DNA of 63,604 nt, filler included, from Atractiella rhizophila (lineage: Eukaryota): assembly GCA_021432655.1 (NCBI GenBank). It is 3 parts of 3 records of this genome, joined end to end, with 100 filler letters (N's around TTAATTAATTAA, not from the genome) between each part and the next. Parts side by side here need not be neighbours in the genome. Positions count along the whole stretch, not along the records: positions 1 to 26,677 come from MU271757.1; 2 more parts are not named here. One strand, given 5' to 3'. Below are positions 1 to 17,083 of the stretch, piece after piece (the stretch's first letter is position 1; each line of letters starts with the position of its first letter). Under the pieces are notes generated by a model that saw only the letters and a program-made list of their open reading frames with translations, ran no database searches and was not told where the DNA came from. Position numbers and translations under genes: made by a program.

Positions 1-357
1 CTCGGTCGGTCAAGACATGAGAAGGCTTGTCTTTAACGCTTTTAATGCTTTAAGGAACGTTTACGTTGAGATGGACCGTTGACACTTCTCAGCCTGCATG
101 ATCTAGATGAGATTTGGGATTTGGCTCGGAGTTTGAGACGGAGGTCCTACCAAGTTGGGTTGGAATTGGAGAGCCTGAGTGAGCTAAACTGGTGCTCATT
201 GCCTGAACAAGAGAGATTGAGAGATTGGTTGGCAACGAAACCGCAAAACCCGGTTGTTGAGTTGAGAGGAAGCCGAGAAGGACGTCAATTTTGGGATTTG
301 ATAACTGCTCAGCTGATCATTTGTGCCCATTTCTCAATTTCAATCGGTTTCCGGTAG
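1..357 (+). CDS. Fragment of an unknown gene at the window edge
   Basis: Open frame LHDLDEIWDLARSLRRRSYQ... follows a branch-point/acceptor-like GTTGAC...CAG near 77-92. No recognisable motif. Confidence 0.25.
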
Positions 358-1582
358 GCTGGGATTAGCGAGCTGAACATTGCACAGACTAAAGAGGGCA
401 GGATTCTGTAGAATGCCAGGCTGAGCGAGGTTAGAGGACAGATTTGACTGAACATTTGTCAAGTTTGCGAAACAAGCAAACGTCCATCGAGATGGAAGAC
501 AGGACCCAAAAGTGAGATAAGGAAGTATATGCAGATCCTCGTCGATCAAAACATGCTCTGAAGCTAATCCGCAAATATGGGATTCATTTGGGATTGAATG
601 TTGGGATTGAACGGCGGAGTTTGTGGCTACAAAGGAAGTGTAATTTGCACCCCAAATCTACTTTTGATGGGAACACTCGTGATGTCCCGCAGGAGCGACA
701 GCAAGAGAGCACCACAGAGCAAGTTAGCCAAAAGGAAGCACCACAGCTCCTGTGGGGTCTGTTTCATGTCCCAAAGCAGAAGACGTAGGAAAGACCGGAA
801 TTGCAGTGACGTCAAACGAACAAGCTCAGTGTTTAGGTTCATCTGAGTGACTTAAGGTTCCTATAGCTAAGGCCGAAATCCATTCAGAAAATTTCCTATA
901 TTTCTCCCCTTTCCCTCAACGTCCCTAGCCCCCTTCAGCGCTCAAGCCACAAGGCTGCAGCTACCCCGTCTCTCCTTCCTAAAGTCGACCTTTCGAGAGA
1001 ATATTAACACTATTATTTGGAGTGGCAACTCGATAGACGGGTTTGGGTCAACTCAGGTAAAGGTAAGTCTTGTTTTTTGGGGGAGCCCAAATTGGGACTG
1101 ACTGGGTGGCCACTCTTTTTTATGTGTTATCTCTCGTCGTAAAACGTCCTTGCATTACCCTTCGCTCCTAAAGGTGCCTGTTTGATCTCTCCCGACTCAA
1201 AACAACGATCCAGGTCCTCCCGACTTCTCTCCATCCTCGATCCTAGGACGGCACCGTTCTCTTTGAATTATTTTATTTCCTTCCTTCGACTATCCTATCC
1301 TCCTTTACCCAGTCAGAGCCTTCCGCTCGGTGCTCCGACGCCGACTATCGACCTTATCAGTCACCTGTTTATCGACGTTCGGCTTCTGTGTGGTCTTCCC
1401 TTAATATATTAGATTATTGCTTTCTCCTCCCTCACGCTGGGGATCGAAGAAGGCCTGTTGTCCTGTTGTTTCACTCTCAAGGTACGCACTTCATCTTCTT
1501 AATTTTACGTAGTCGGGCTGAGGTAATTGGAATGTGTTTCACTCACACAGTTTATTCGGCGACCGTGACGAGTTCGATCATC

Positions 1583-4194
1583 ATGCCTTACGCATTACCT
1601 TCTCCGTCGACATCTCCAACTGCGACGATGACATATCCCTCTTCTCCTCCTTCCAGACCCCCTATTCCATCCTTCCACCCGCCAACAGCAGGGGAATCCT
1701 CCACCCAAATTTCTGCTTCGGCTCTCACGGAGAGCACAGCGTCTACGAATGGCGAGACATCCAACGCAGCATCGACGGAACCCCTTAGCCTTTCGAGCAA
1801 TAGCCTGAAGCTCGATTTACGACGCTCTGGTGTCCGGCACCATGTTAGGAGTCGGTCGGATGAGAGGGGCAGCGGGCTTATCTATATCAGAGCGTCCACT
1901 CCGAAGGAGGAGGAGAAACAAGAGAGCGCGGAACAACCTGAGCCCGCTCGTTCGGAGTCGAGGGACGCTAGACGCATACGTCTGTATGGTCACAAGCTCA
2001 AATTTCGGGAGGACGAGGAATCGGCAAAGCCGAAGGACGAGAAGGCAGATTCGGTTGGGAGTGAGGATAACGGTCGGCCCACGTCCGCCGAAAACATCAT
2101 CCCATTTCCGAAGACCGATTCTTCTTCCCCATTTGACGAGAGGAAGTCGAAGATGGTGGATGAATCCAACACTGTTTCTTTTCCCTCGACTGGCGACAAG
2201 TCTCCTGGATTGCGTCTTGATCTCGGCACGGTGGACTTGTCGGTTTTCCCTCGAGTCTCCTCTCCCATGATCAGGAAGAAATCGGGGGAGCTGGTCAAGC
2301 CTTCGCTCAAGTCTTCGTATGGACGAACCAAGTCTGCGCCTTCTACCCCAGGATCGTCAAAAGCGGTACACTTCGATACGCAGCTTGAACATGTCAAGCT
2401 TTTCCTTTCACAACAGAAGCCGGCAGCCGTCAGTCGAGAAGGAAGCCCCATCGAGACTGAGACGGAGGACGATGGAGATGGGTTTCCTTTTGGCTCGGCG
2501 AGCCATTGGACGATCTCCAGGAGGCTGACCAACTTTCCCCCAATGACCGAGCAGAGGATCAATTCCGATGTCTACTTGGAGTCCCTCGACATCGCGCCGG
2601 ACAACAAGTCGCTCCGCGGAATAGTTATGGTCAAAAACCTAGACTTTTCCAAATGGATCTGCGCCAGATTCTCGTTTGATAATTGGCAAACGGTCTCGGA
2701 AGTGTCCGCCGACTACATCGATTCGATAAGGGGCGGCCTGTACGACAAGTTCGGTTTCAACATCAAGTTGAACGATATCATTTCCAAGATCGAAGAGAAG
2801 AAACTCTTCCTTTGCATTCGTTACACCGTCGGAGGAGTCGAACTTTGGGATTCCAACTCCGGAGGGAATTACCAGGTCGAGTTCACCAGGAAACGAAAAT
2901 CCACCGCTCCGGTCAAAGGTGCTTCGACAAGGAATACATGGTCAGTGCTTTCGGAGGCGGCTGCGGAGAAGAGGGCAGCAGATATTCGAAGGGAGCTCGA
3001 TCGACTCGCGGACGATGACAGCGATGCGGGGGCAGCGCCTATTCCTTGGAAGACGGCGAAATCGAGCGGCAACACGCTAGCTACCAGGTACGACTTTGGA
3101 ACTTCGCTCAAGAACCCTCGTCCCTCGTCCTCAATTCTGGATAACCCCTATTTCGCTCCTACCGAACCTTCACCTCGCCCTTCTCGTCCCCCGCCACCAT
3201 CCAACCAAGCTTCTTTCAATCGTTATGTCGAGCGACCTCAAGGCCCGGCAGGCAAGCATATGGAGTTCAAGGACGGGATGCCTGCTTCGAGCTACTCGCA
3301 AGCGATGCCAGCTCAGAGTTCATTCAGTCACAGCCCCGGCATGACGGAGTTGGCTGGGTACTTTGATGGACCGAATAGTCCCCAATACTTCAATCCCTAC
3401 TCTTCATACTTCTATGGAGGGGTCCAACGTCCTCCGTCCCCGCCTCAGGATCTATATTCCAGCTATAGCAACCTGTTGAAGGAGGAAGAAATGAGTAGGA
3501 CAAGGTTCAATTCCTACCCACCGACTGCCACGATGTCCGCTCCTATTCCTCAGTACATGCCTCTGCCTCCTCTCTTCCGCCATCCCGACTTGGCCCCTGC
3601 ATCTCCAGCGCCATCCCCGCCATCCGGCTCTCCGCCTCAAAAGCGTTCTCCCCCATTATCTCCATCAATTCGATCGTCGCTGGAAGCTGATGTTCCTCAG
3701 AGGATGATGGAAAATGGATCGCCTTTGCACCACATCGCCATGCTCGGAAGCACTGGGTCGTCTTTGGAGAACAGCCCATTGTCGGCGATGACGAATTCGT
3801 CGCTGGCTTCGAGCCCGGATACTCCGATCGTCACTCCACCGACCCCTCTTGCTGAGAGGCCATCGATGGACAGCAGCTCGTACTATGATTTTGTGGACAA
3901 GGTTTGTTTCCAATCATTTCGGCTTCCCCTGCATTTACTGACGTACGCGGGCGATAGTATTGCTTTTATCAGCAAGATCCTTCACACCAACTCAACCTCC
4001 AGGGAACGAAGTATTCGCCACCTCCACAACACAACCAACTGTACGGGACTCCACCTTCCTCAGGGGAAGTCACGCCGATGAACGACTCTCCTGTGGTTGG
4101 AAAAGGCATGCATTTGGTCGGATTGCCGGCTACAGCTCCGGTGCCTTCTTCTGGAACCATTGCCGGATCCACCACTTCTGCTATCACGAATTAG
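1583..4194 (+). CDS. Protein phosphatase 1 glycogen-targeting regulatory subunit with CBM21 domain (Gac1/Gip2/Pig-like)
   Basis: Long ORF with the RVxF PP1-docking motif KAVHF and CBM21 motifs (G.V.VKNLDFSKWICARFSFDNWQT, WDSNSGGNY). Intron 3902-3957 restores the C-terminal FVDKYCFY. ATG 1583, TAG 4192-4194. Confidence 0.88.
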
Positions 4195-5157
4195 AATATC
4201 AGGTCTTCCTGTCACATCTCCTCATTTCAAACGGTTCCAAGCTCAATCTCACCAGACCGCGGACGGCAACCTTCGAGGATCTGGCCTAGAATTCAAAATT
4301 TGATGACCCCATCGACAAAAGTGTGTGAAAGTCAATCGGTTATATTTCATGGTTTGTATTTGGGAAACGTGTTGATCTGTACCATTCGGGGGTGACTTCG
4401 TTTATCCTTTCTCCAACTCACCTTCTTCGCCTCATAAACATGAACACGGATGGACGCTTTCCATAACTCTCTTTCAAAAGTGACGGTCGTCTGGGATATT
4501 TAGTCCGTTGTATATTTTCTATCTCGAAACGGGGTGGAGAGGATTTTCCAATTTCTGCTTCTTGTGTGAATCTAGTCTTGCGCTCTGTCGCCACAACTCC
4601 TATTCGGATTGCTATGCTAGTTTATGACGGTTACGATTTACACACGTCGTATGATTCTTTCGATCTTGTCTCTCTTGATTTCGAGTGGTGTCCAGTCTGA
4701 TTTCTCATAATTCCTTTCGACCTTACGTTCGGGTGTTCATGATTTCTCTTTTCTTATTTTCCTCCTCAATTATGAATCTCAAAGTGTTCTTTTAGCGCAA
4801 TCTGGCTGTCTCGTGTCTTTTTCACAGGTCCATAACTTTTGATTGCTTAGTACCCAAAAGCTCTTGCGAGCCAATCACACACAATAAAGCTTTCGATTCC
4901 CTGTTTCTCCTCTCAGCTGTCTCATACACACCTGCAAATCTCCAGTTCAATTCTGTTAGCTCTCATTCCTTGCCCCTTTCCTGGCAGTAAAAACAGCTGA
5001 TACCTACATATGGTGAGTCAGGCAATTTGCAATTTCCCAACTTTGCATCTGCAACCAATGACGTTGGTACAGAAGTTGCCTTTTCTTTTCCAAAACGTAA
5101 CACCGTCCTTCACGTCCAGCTTAAGCCCATCCTAAGCCAACGTTACCTGCTGGCAAG

Positions 5158-6200
5158 ATGCTAGGACAAGCCGACATTGGAAAGTACCTAGATAGGTGCA
5201 CGAGTGACCAGGAAGTTGAGGAGGTTCTTTCAGGCTATGTGATTTGGAAGTATCTCAGAGGCAAGCACCAAAACAGGCTGATCCATGAGGTTGCATCCTG
5301 ATCCATGTCTGCGCAGGGCACACAAGTGGTGAAGGTGATGATTTCGACCATCACAAATGCCCCCTAACATCATGCCTTGAAACCTGCAGTGCTCGAAAAA
5401 ATCAGATATCTCACCCTCTATCTTCGTGGCACGTAAGTTCTCTGTTCCTCAGATTGGGGATCAATTCTGAAAGGAAGCAGAAATCGATCACATATCCTCA
5501 CGAAGCACAATGCTGCTTTTCTGATCATCTGTTACGAGACAGCTTTGGGCGGAGGCAGAATAGGGTATCTCCCTGCCATGACTCCTGCAGGAAAGGAAAG
5601 TCTGCCCAAAGTCTGCTTCTTTCCCACGTTGGGCTCATCCCCGCTCCTCCAGGACATCTGCAATCGTATCCGCTCGCACGCGAACAAATCGAAACGTTTC
5701 CTCAAACGGATTGCTTTTGTGACGCACAGCGAATTCGCCGGTCCGTTTCCGTGCGTTCAGCTCCCACCTACTCTGAAGTATCCTCAATAACATGATGTAG
5801 TGTCGACACTATTACGACACAGGATCAGAGAGGTGTTCCTACCAACGACAGAGAGCCGTGGTCGGAGCGGTATTTTCAAAACCGCCCTCGATTGAACGGT
5901 TCACTGCAACCTGCGCCAGATTATCACCTTCGCGAAGGGACGGACCATGCTGGTACTCTGCCAGAGTATGCTTCCAGAGGTCCAGCGTATAGCGAGATCT
6001 CCATGTCGGATGAATCTAGGGCCCAGCTGGCCCAAATCCCCTTGCAGGTATATCCTTTCTTAACTCGTAGTCACTACTGCGTTGACACGACCACAGGATA
6101 ACATTGATGATGGTATCGCAATTGCACGTCGCATTCAGCTGCAAACTATCCCAGCGTCGAACGTCGGCCGTTCACCAACAACAAGGAGTTCGTTGTGATA
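5158..6200 (+). CDS. Putative multi-exon hypothetical protein (boundaries approximate)
   Basis: Several open segments bounded by GT..AG introns (e.g. GTAAGT ~5433, GTGCGT ~5751, GTATAT ~6048), giving ...DQRGVPTNDREPWSERYFQ...QIPLQ|DNIDDGIAIARRIQ. No family motif recognised. Confidence 0.35.
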
Positions 6201-6361
6201 GGCTTGAACCCTTATCATGCCTGTGAGTGAGGCAAAGTCAGTTGGATTTAATTGCGAACGTGGATGGGCTGAATATGTATAACGCTTGAATGGGATTTAG
6301 GATGGATGTAGCTTCATTAAGTAAGGGTATCAATGTAAATACGTTAGTTTTGCCTCGTGAA

Positions 6362-7844
6362 TTAACCTTCTGGCATGATTCCAGCCCTGACGAGATACCT
6401 AATCCGACTCTTAAACTCAGAGAAAAGCCTTTCGAATTGCTGTGGCATGCCAGTGATCATCGATGCATCGCTCCTGAAAAACAACAAAACAACGTACCAT
6501 CACGTTTTCCTGCTTTGATTTCCACTCCAGGTGGAACATGACAAGCAGTCGAGAGTGAAACTCGAAGACAAATTGCTCTCTCTTGTCCTTCTCCTTCGAA
6601 AATAGGAGATACTGAAGATCTCGATGCTTCAGAAGAGAAAGAACGAAGTCGCAGACTGCTATGGAGGCGAGAGCAAATGGGTACCTATTCGAATTGACGT
6701 TATTATGAGATATGCAGATATGTTTGGTATAAAGCAGCACGAGATGATGCCTACCAGTTTGGCGTTCCATTTAGTTCAGTCGCGATCTGAGACGACGAAG
6801 AATGTTCTCGAGCAAAGAACAGAAGACTGTCCAGTCTATCCAAGTGACCGTTTTAGATCTATCTGCCTCTGTGTACAGTGGACTTACCCTAACATCCCTG
6901 TTGCTCGAAAATCTGTACTTGGATCGCTGCCTACGGTACGAGTGGTTCAGACGACACTCGTGGATGTCAAAACTCACCTTGAAAGCCAACCTGTATTGTG
7001 ATCAATCAGGAGCGATGAAAGTTAGAAAGAGAACGAACGTCTTGCCATCGTTTGTCGAGGATGACGTCGAGGGCGTCTTCTGGCATCAGGTACCTCCAAA
7101 TCTGGGGGTCCGCCGATCCAATATTCAGCACACCTCTTGTACGCACTCCTGACTGCAGTTAAAGGCAAACATACCTCTCGTAAATTCTTCTCATCCTCAG
7201 ATGACTTCCAGTCAAAGCTCCTTTGGGAGCGTGCGATAAGCTTTCGTATCAAGCAATAATTGTCGTCCAGATTGCTGAGGTGCGCATATAGCGTTTCCCG
7301 GAGCTGTGCGGCTGTCTATGAATTCTCGAAACAACTGAGAAGGAAGGTGCACGTACTCTTGGGAGGTGTTGGCACGCCGAGAGTTTTGTGGTCTCAATTT
7401 CGTTGCTAGAACATTCGTCCAATTCGTCAACAGGCTCTTCGCTGGCTGAAGTGCTGAAATAGGCATTTGCTTTCTGCACAAAGTTAGGAATGATGGCGAT
7501 GACGAGCGGGCTTGCGGGCGTACAGGTAAAACGAATGAGTTTTGAATTGCAAAATCTAAGCTGAGAGTTTCAGTGCCTTTGAAGCGAATTGGCAATCCCA
7601 AGGAGGATAGCGTACCAATTTTCCACGAGCTCTCCGCAGTAGGGCCGCCTTCCACTCCTTCCAAAATACGTTGAATCTCACTCTTTCGCGAGAGTAAGCG
7701 CTCCACAAACTTGATGTACTTGTAGAATTGGGTGAGGCGTGGGAAGTAGTACACTATGCGTAGGAGTGCCAATGCAGGAGTGGGGGAGAGGAGAGAGGTT
7801 GCCCATGTGGCCGCTGGATCACTCGCTACAGATGCATTTGCCAT
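6362..7844 (-). CDS. ELMO/CED-12 domain protein (ELMOD-like, putative Arf/Arl GAP)
   Basis: Spliced exons give the ELMO signature VGFQG|SDPSTDFRATGMLG, then YPFALASIAVCDF and QFERLFSEFKSR. ATG 7844, TAA 6364-6362. Confidence 0.85.
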
Positions 7845-8226
7845 TATAACCTAAACTAAAGTATAAAGTGATCCGCTCGAATGGGCGACGCAAAGATGCA
7901 AGACAATGGAAAGCAAGGATAATAAGGGCGGTGCAAACTTTAAAAACAGATAATAACTAAAAATTAGGTTCCGCATATTGGTGCATTGCTGCATTGTTCT
8001 TTCTACCTGTGATGGGTTGCTGCCTGCGCGAACGCCAAGTCTACGTGCTACGTGCATTTCAACGTCACAACGTCACAATCATTTCTCAGTGCACAAGTAT
8101 TAGTTTACAGTGAAGACCATTGGGATATCAGACCATGGTCCAGTCGCACAAATGTCCTGAAAGTAGAAAACACCAACTCATGATACAGTATAGAGAAAGT
8201 TTTCAGCAAAACGGATAGTACTTAAT

Positions 8227-9449
8227 TTAGCTACTTTCTTTCTCTAATTTCCCTTCCTCGATTATCGTGATCGGTGGATCCCGCCGTGGTAAAGTCCAGA
8301 AAGGGTGTGCAGCAGCGAGAGGGACGAGGAGGATAACCATTGGGATGGCATCGCAGAGGAACCACAGTTCATTCTCGATCAAGTAACTATACCCGAGGCG
8401 TCGCTTGGATTTCGTGCTCTGATGTGGAGGGATAGACTTACCCGTGCCATCCTTGAGCCAACTCAACAGTACGGTAGATACCTCTGACAAGAATCATCGC
8501 CGTACCGATCGCAATCGCGCTCCCAAGGTAATAGAGTCTAGAATATCGAGTAGGAAGTTTGCCTGCGCGCTTCGCTTTTCTGCAAAAGTCGAGGGCGAGG
8601 ATTGAGAAGACGATGGTTGTCACCAGTTGAAACACGATTCCACCTTCCATAATGTTTGCGCCTGACAGGAGTGTCATCGGCAAAAATACACGAAAAGACT
8701 GCAAAAGTAACGCACCTCTGTTAGCTTGTTTAGAAGTGTTCGCTGTCCCAGCGATTCCTCCTCCTGCGCCTTGCAGAACAAGAGACACAAAGTCGCAAGT
8801 GATGAAAATCGCTGCGTAGCTCTTTGGTTTCAAAACCGAATACTGGCTCCCTACTTCAATAATGACGAAGCCTAAAAGGAAGTATAGTGCGGCTGAGAAA
8901 AACACTGGAGCAATAATGAGCGTGGTGATCTGTAAAGAAATGTCACATCAGAGCGCATAACGATTCAGAAGACAACCCACCTGGCAAATGAAGTAGTTGT
9001 AGTTATAGGGTGAGGAATGAGCGAGAACACGTCCAATCCATCCAACAATTTCAAGGATTCCCCCTGCCACAATTGTGAGCATTGTCCAGTATCGGTTCCA
9101 ATATTTCCTCCATCCGATGGTAAGTACCGTATGGATGAGCGTCAAGGTAACACTGCGCTAGGTGCTCAATCATTATAGCAAGTTCATGAGGAAGAGACGA
9201 ACAAAAGGGCTAGGAAGGTGGCACCGAGACGAAGAGACGGCACATAGCCATATTGGATGCAGTCATCCTCCCGGGCGTTATAGCCTAGCCAGACGGGTCA
9301 GTAGCTACAACTTGACAACATGGAGTCTTACCAGGTTGCTTCCACACCTGTTCGGCTTCGAGAGCTTGGCAATAAGCATCACGTTCCGGTCCCGTGAGCT
9401 GATCATATTCGCCTGGAGATAATATGGTGACGGAGTTCATGAAACTCAT
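8227..9449 (-). CDS. RTA1/Rsb1-like lipid-translocating exporter (multi-pass membrane protein)
   Basis: RTA1 motifs YGYVPSL, LEIVGWIGR, FITCDFVSLVLQGAGGGIA and RGIYRTVELAQGW, plus multiple hydrophobic segments and several introns. Confidence 0.88.
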
Positions 9450-10666
9450 GTTTACCTTGAAAGAGCACTTTGGATTGATTTTGAGACGGCATATGTATCA
9501 TGACCTCCGTTTTTATAAGTATTCCATACTGTTCCGGATTGACCAAGAAACCGTGACTTCGATCCCCGTGCGAAGTTGACGGTGCTTCGTTCGTATGATT
9601 GAATTATGTCAGAACTGAGCAGAATGAATGAGGTACAGGTTCTTGTTGACGGGCACCCACCCATTCTATCCTCGCAGGTTCGCTCCAGCTTTTTGTCCGA
9701 CAGATCTAGACTCATCATCCTGTTTGTCTTGATGTTCTCCAGCTGTGCTGTAAGCTGTAAGTCTGTACAGGCTCTTCTCTAACTTTGATGGGTTCTAGTC
9801 CCCCGAAAAGAGAGAAGAATCCCCAGAACGCACTTGCCATACCGTATCCCGTGGCCCTTGTTGATCGTTCTCATACATTTCCTCTCAACTTGATTTGAGA
9901 ACGAAGAAACGGTTCATTTTGCGAGTTTGAGCTTCGAGGACGGAATATTATGTCCTAAAGAAAATGGCAACTAGAGTTATTTCGCAATGAATAACACCGT
10001 GATTGACCATCGATTATATCCTACTTCTTGGCTTCCACCACACAGCTTTTGAGGGACAGGACGAATCTAAGGCTGATTTGAGACAACCCTCGAGGCTTCA
10101 ATCTCCTCACAGCCGACGTAGAGATATAATCAATGGGATGACGAGGCGTACCCTTGCATAATGCGCAAGCTCGTTCGCGAGAACAACTATGAAGCTCGAA
10201 AAGGATGACATGTATTGACAGTTGGTACAGTATCAGATCCATTCGGAGTTTGAACGGCATTACTGCATAAAAATGAATGACGCTGGGGACAACAGCTTCG
10301 TACTAATAATAATATCAGGAAACAGAAGTCAACTATGAAGTCAAACTCAGATAGAAGCTTTAATATATTCGCCTGAGTCTGGTTGCTATGAGTTGTTTGG
10401 AGTTGGTAACAATGCAAATGTAAACTTTAAGTTAGTGAAACGTTTGACCCTCCATGCAATTTCGCAAAAATGGATATATTTATACAAATCAGAACTGGTA
10501 TAATCGTATTCGTTCCGTTAACCCATTGAAATTTCAATCGTAGAAACAATTCGCACAGCCTTGAATATTTGAGTAAAACAGTAACCGAGTCTCGATGAAA
10601 CCTTTAGATTATGATGGAGGACAATTAGAGCACAGGCAATCAGTTTCGAAGGATATCAAACGGCGA

Positions 10667-12030
10667 TTAGGCAGGAGCAGGCTGGGTGGCACTGTCAGTG
10701 TTAGCGGTAGCCTCAGCTTCAGAAGTCTCCTTTGGGGGCGTCTTAGGAGGAGCATCAGTGGTAGTTCCCTCTTCGGGCGTCTTGGAGAGCTGTTCTCATT
10801 AGTTAGCCGCAAACCCTGGTAAAGACGGAAGGAAGACGCGCCTTTTTCTTGTTTCCGGGAATGTGGACATCCTTCAAGCCATCTTTGAGAGCTCCGGTCC
10901 ACTTTCCGGCCTTCATCGCCAAGCTGCTGGATCGCTTCATCATCAGCGTTGAAGGTCTTTCTTCCCCAGCCGCTGGAGCCTGGAGGGGAGACATGGGAGG
11001 AACTTCCTCTGCCGTTGGAATGGATGTCAAGAGCCAATCTTCAGGAAGAAAATCTGCCGTATTTGTCAATAAAACGAGTTGTGCCAACAGCGTAGAACGA
11101 ACCCTTGGACCTATACTTAAATACGAAAGTCACGAAAGGGACCGTATCGGTTTGTTCGACAGCAGGCGTCTTCCTAGGCGGGCCAAAGAGAATAGGACCC
11201 AAACCCGTCTTATGAGAGATGCCAAGGGGGACTTTGTCAGGATCGGTAGAAGTAACGGGAGCGTCCTTGTGGAACCCAGTGCTCTTGCTTTTCTCCTTCG
11301 AGTTTTGAGCGCGGAAGAAGGAGATCTTCACTTCTCCCAGCCCGTTGGTCTCTTGCTCATCCAAGACCATGCGGGACTTGGGTCGTCCACCTTCGGTAGT
11401 AGTATGGCCCGTAGACTCAAACTTCAATCCTCCTGTTTACCAATTATCAGCATGACGTGAATACTGGCGAAAGGGAGGACGTACGGGACTTGCTCCAATC
11501 ATTAGTCAAACTTACACCAGTTATCAAGCCCGTATTGGTCTTGAGTGGCGCTGGCGTCGCCCTGCCTCCAGAATGCACGACGACCTGACGACAAGAATTA
11601 GAGGTGTATCACACGGTGACAGAAAATGGTGCCGCGAACAATTTCAGGTACTCTTCCACCGTCAACTTCGGCTTTGATCTCGTGCGTATAGGTCAAATCA
11701 TGGATCCTGTAGAAGATGGCATAGTAAATGGGAACCGTTTTCGAGTTGGCCGTCGCTGGGACTTCGATGTAGCAGCTTCATAAAGTATTTTAACAAAGTC
11801 AAAGCAGTCATGTGAAAACACACGAAGCTACATCATCCTCAATGTTAGAGGCGAGCTCTTCCGCTTTAGAGATGGAGGAGGGCACTCTCTTCTCTGCTTC
11901 TTGAACTGCCTTCGTCGTAAAGAACGTAGGGTCGGTGCTGGTGAAAATGTGACCTTGTTTTGTTGTTAGTTGGGGAATAAACTGCTGAGCGCGAGAAAGA
12001 AAACAAACAATCGATTCCTCCCAACTTCAT
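10667..12030 (-). CDS. Fungal hypothetical protein, DUF7918-like
   Basis: Spliced model MKLGGIDCHI...CYIEVP...AEVDG...LGEVKISFFR...SHKTGLG...PFVTFVFKYRS followed by a low-complexity tail. The pattern resembles the fungal DUF7918 family (from recall, not searched). Confidence 0.55.
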
Positions 12031-12417
12031 GATCGATTTCTTTCGTTGTTTTCAGTAAGCTGCTATTAACACTTTTTCGCACACTTCTTCGTCGCAAAGG
12101 CCAGAGATATATACTTCCTGAGGCGGACTGAAAACGCACTTGGTGGTTTCCTGGTCTATTCGTTGATTGTCGTTAGCGTGCCTTGGATTTGCCACAACCA
12201 GATCTGGTAATTTCATCAGCTCCGGCCGTCGGTTCCGTGCCAATCTCTGAAAGAAATCGCGCTGAGTACCACCGACATCAAGCGTGCCCATTCGAGGCGT
12301 CGAGAGCTTCTTTCACCATTAACGACTAGTCCAGGTTATAAATCTCCTGCCCTTGTACTATCACACGCCCTAATCCCCAAACTATCACTTTAACCCACTT
12401 TCCGGAGCACCGAAATC

Positions 12418-16643
<4,226 letters not shown>

Positions 16644-17083
16644 ACTCACTGATTCCCGCACCTCCTCTCGACATGGACGTACTGATGGCTGGTAAGAGAA
16701 GTCGTACCAAAGGATTCAGTTTTCGCCATGCCACCAGTGCGCTGTTTTCATTTCCATTGCCCCCGTCTGGAAGGAGTCTATGGATGTACTTGTAATTGGT
16801 GCTGACTCCCAATACTTCTTTTTCACGCTTCTTTCCATTGTTCTTTACAGTTGTGCAATTGTTCATCGAAAATCCATCAACCTTGGGTATCCATCCACGG
16901 TATCCCAGGACTTCCTTGAAAACTATAAATAGGTAGATGTTGTGAGTTACGAATACAGATAGTGCTACAAAGGAGACGTTGGTAAAAGAGCAACATAGGT
17001 GTTGTTTTTTTTATTTGATCGAAGAGAAGACGGAATTAAGTCGTAATTAGCGTGAGCCATGAATACTTTTTGGAGCTTTGTGA

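Noticed and set aside
100..620. Repeated TTGGGATT-like words as a telomeric or CRISPR-like array
   Set aside because: Irregular spacing, short imperfect matches and no repeat-spacer periodicity.
10849..11460. 203-aa plus-strand ORF and similar antisense ORFs over real genes
   Set aside because: Shadow ORFs opposite better-supported spliced genes, with no motifs of their own.
12111..12125. ATACTTCCTG as a U1 snRNA 5' end
   Set aside because: It differs from ATACTTACCTG and lacks downstream U1 features. It lies in a divergent promoter.
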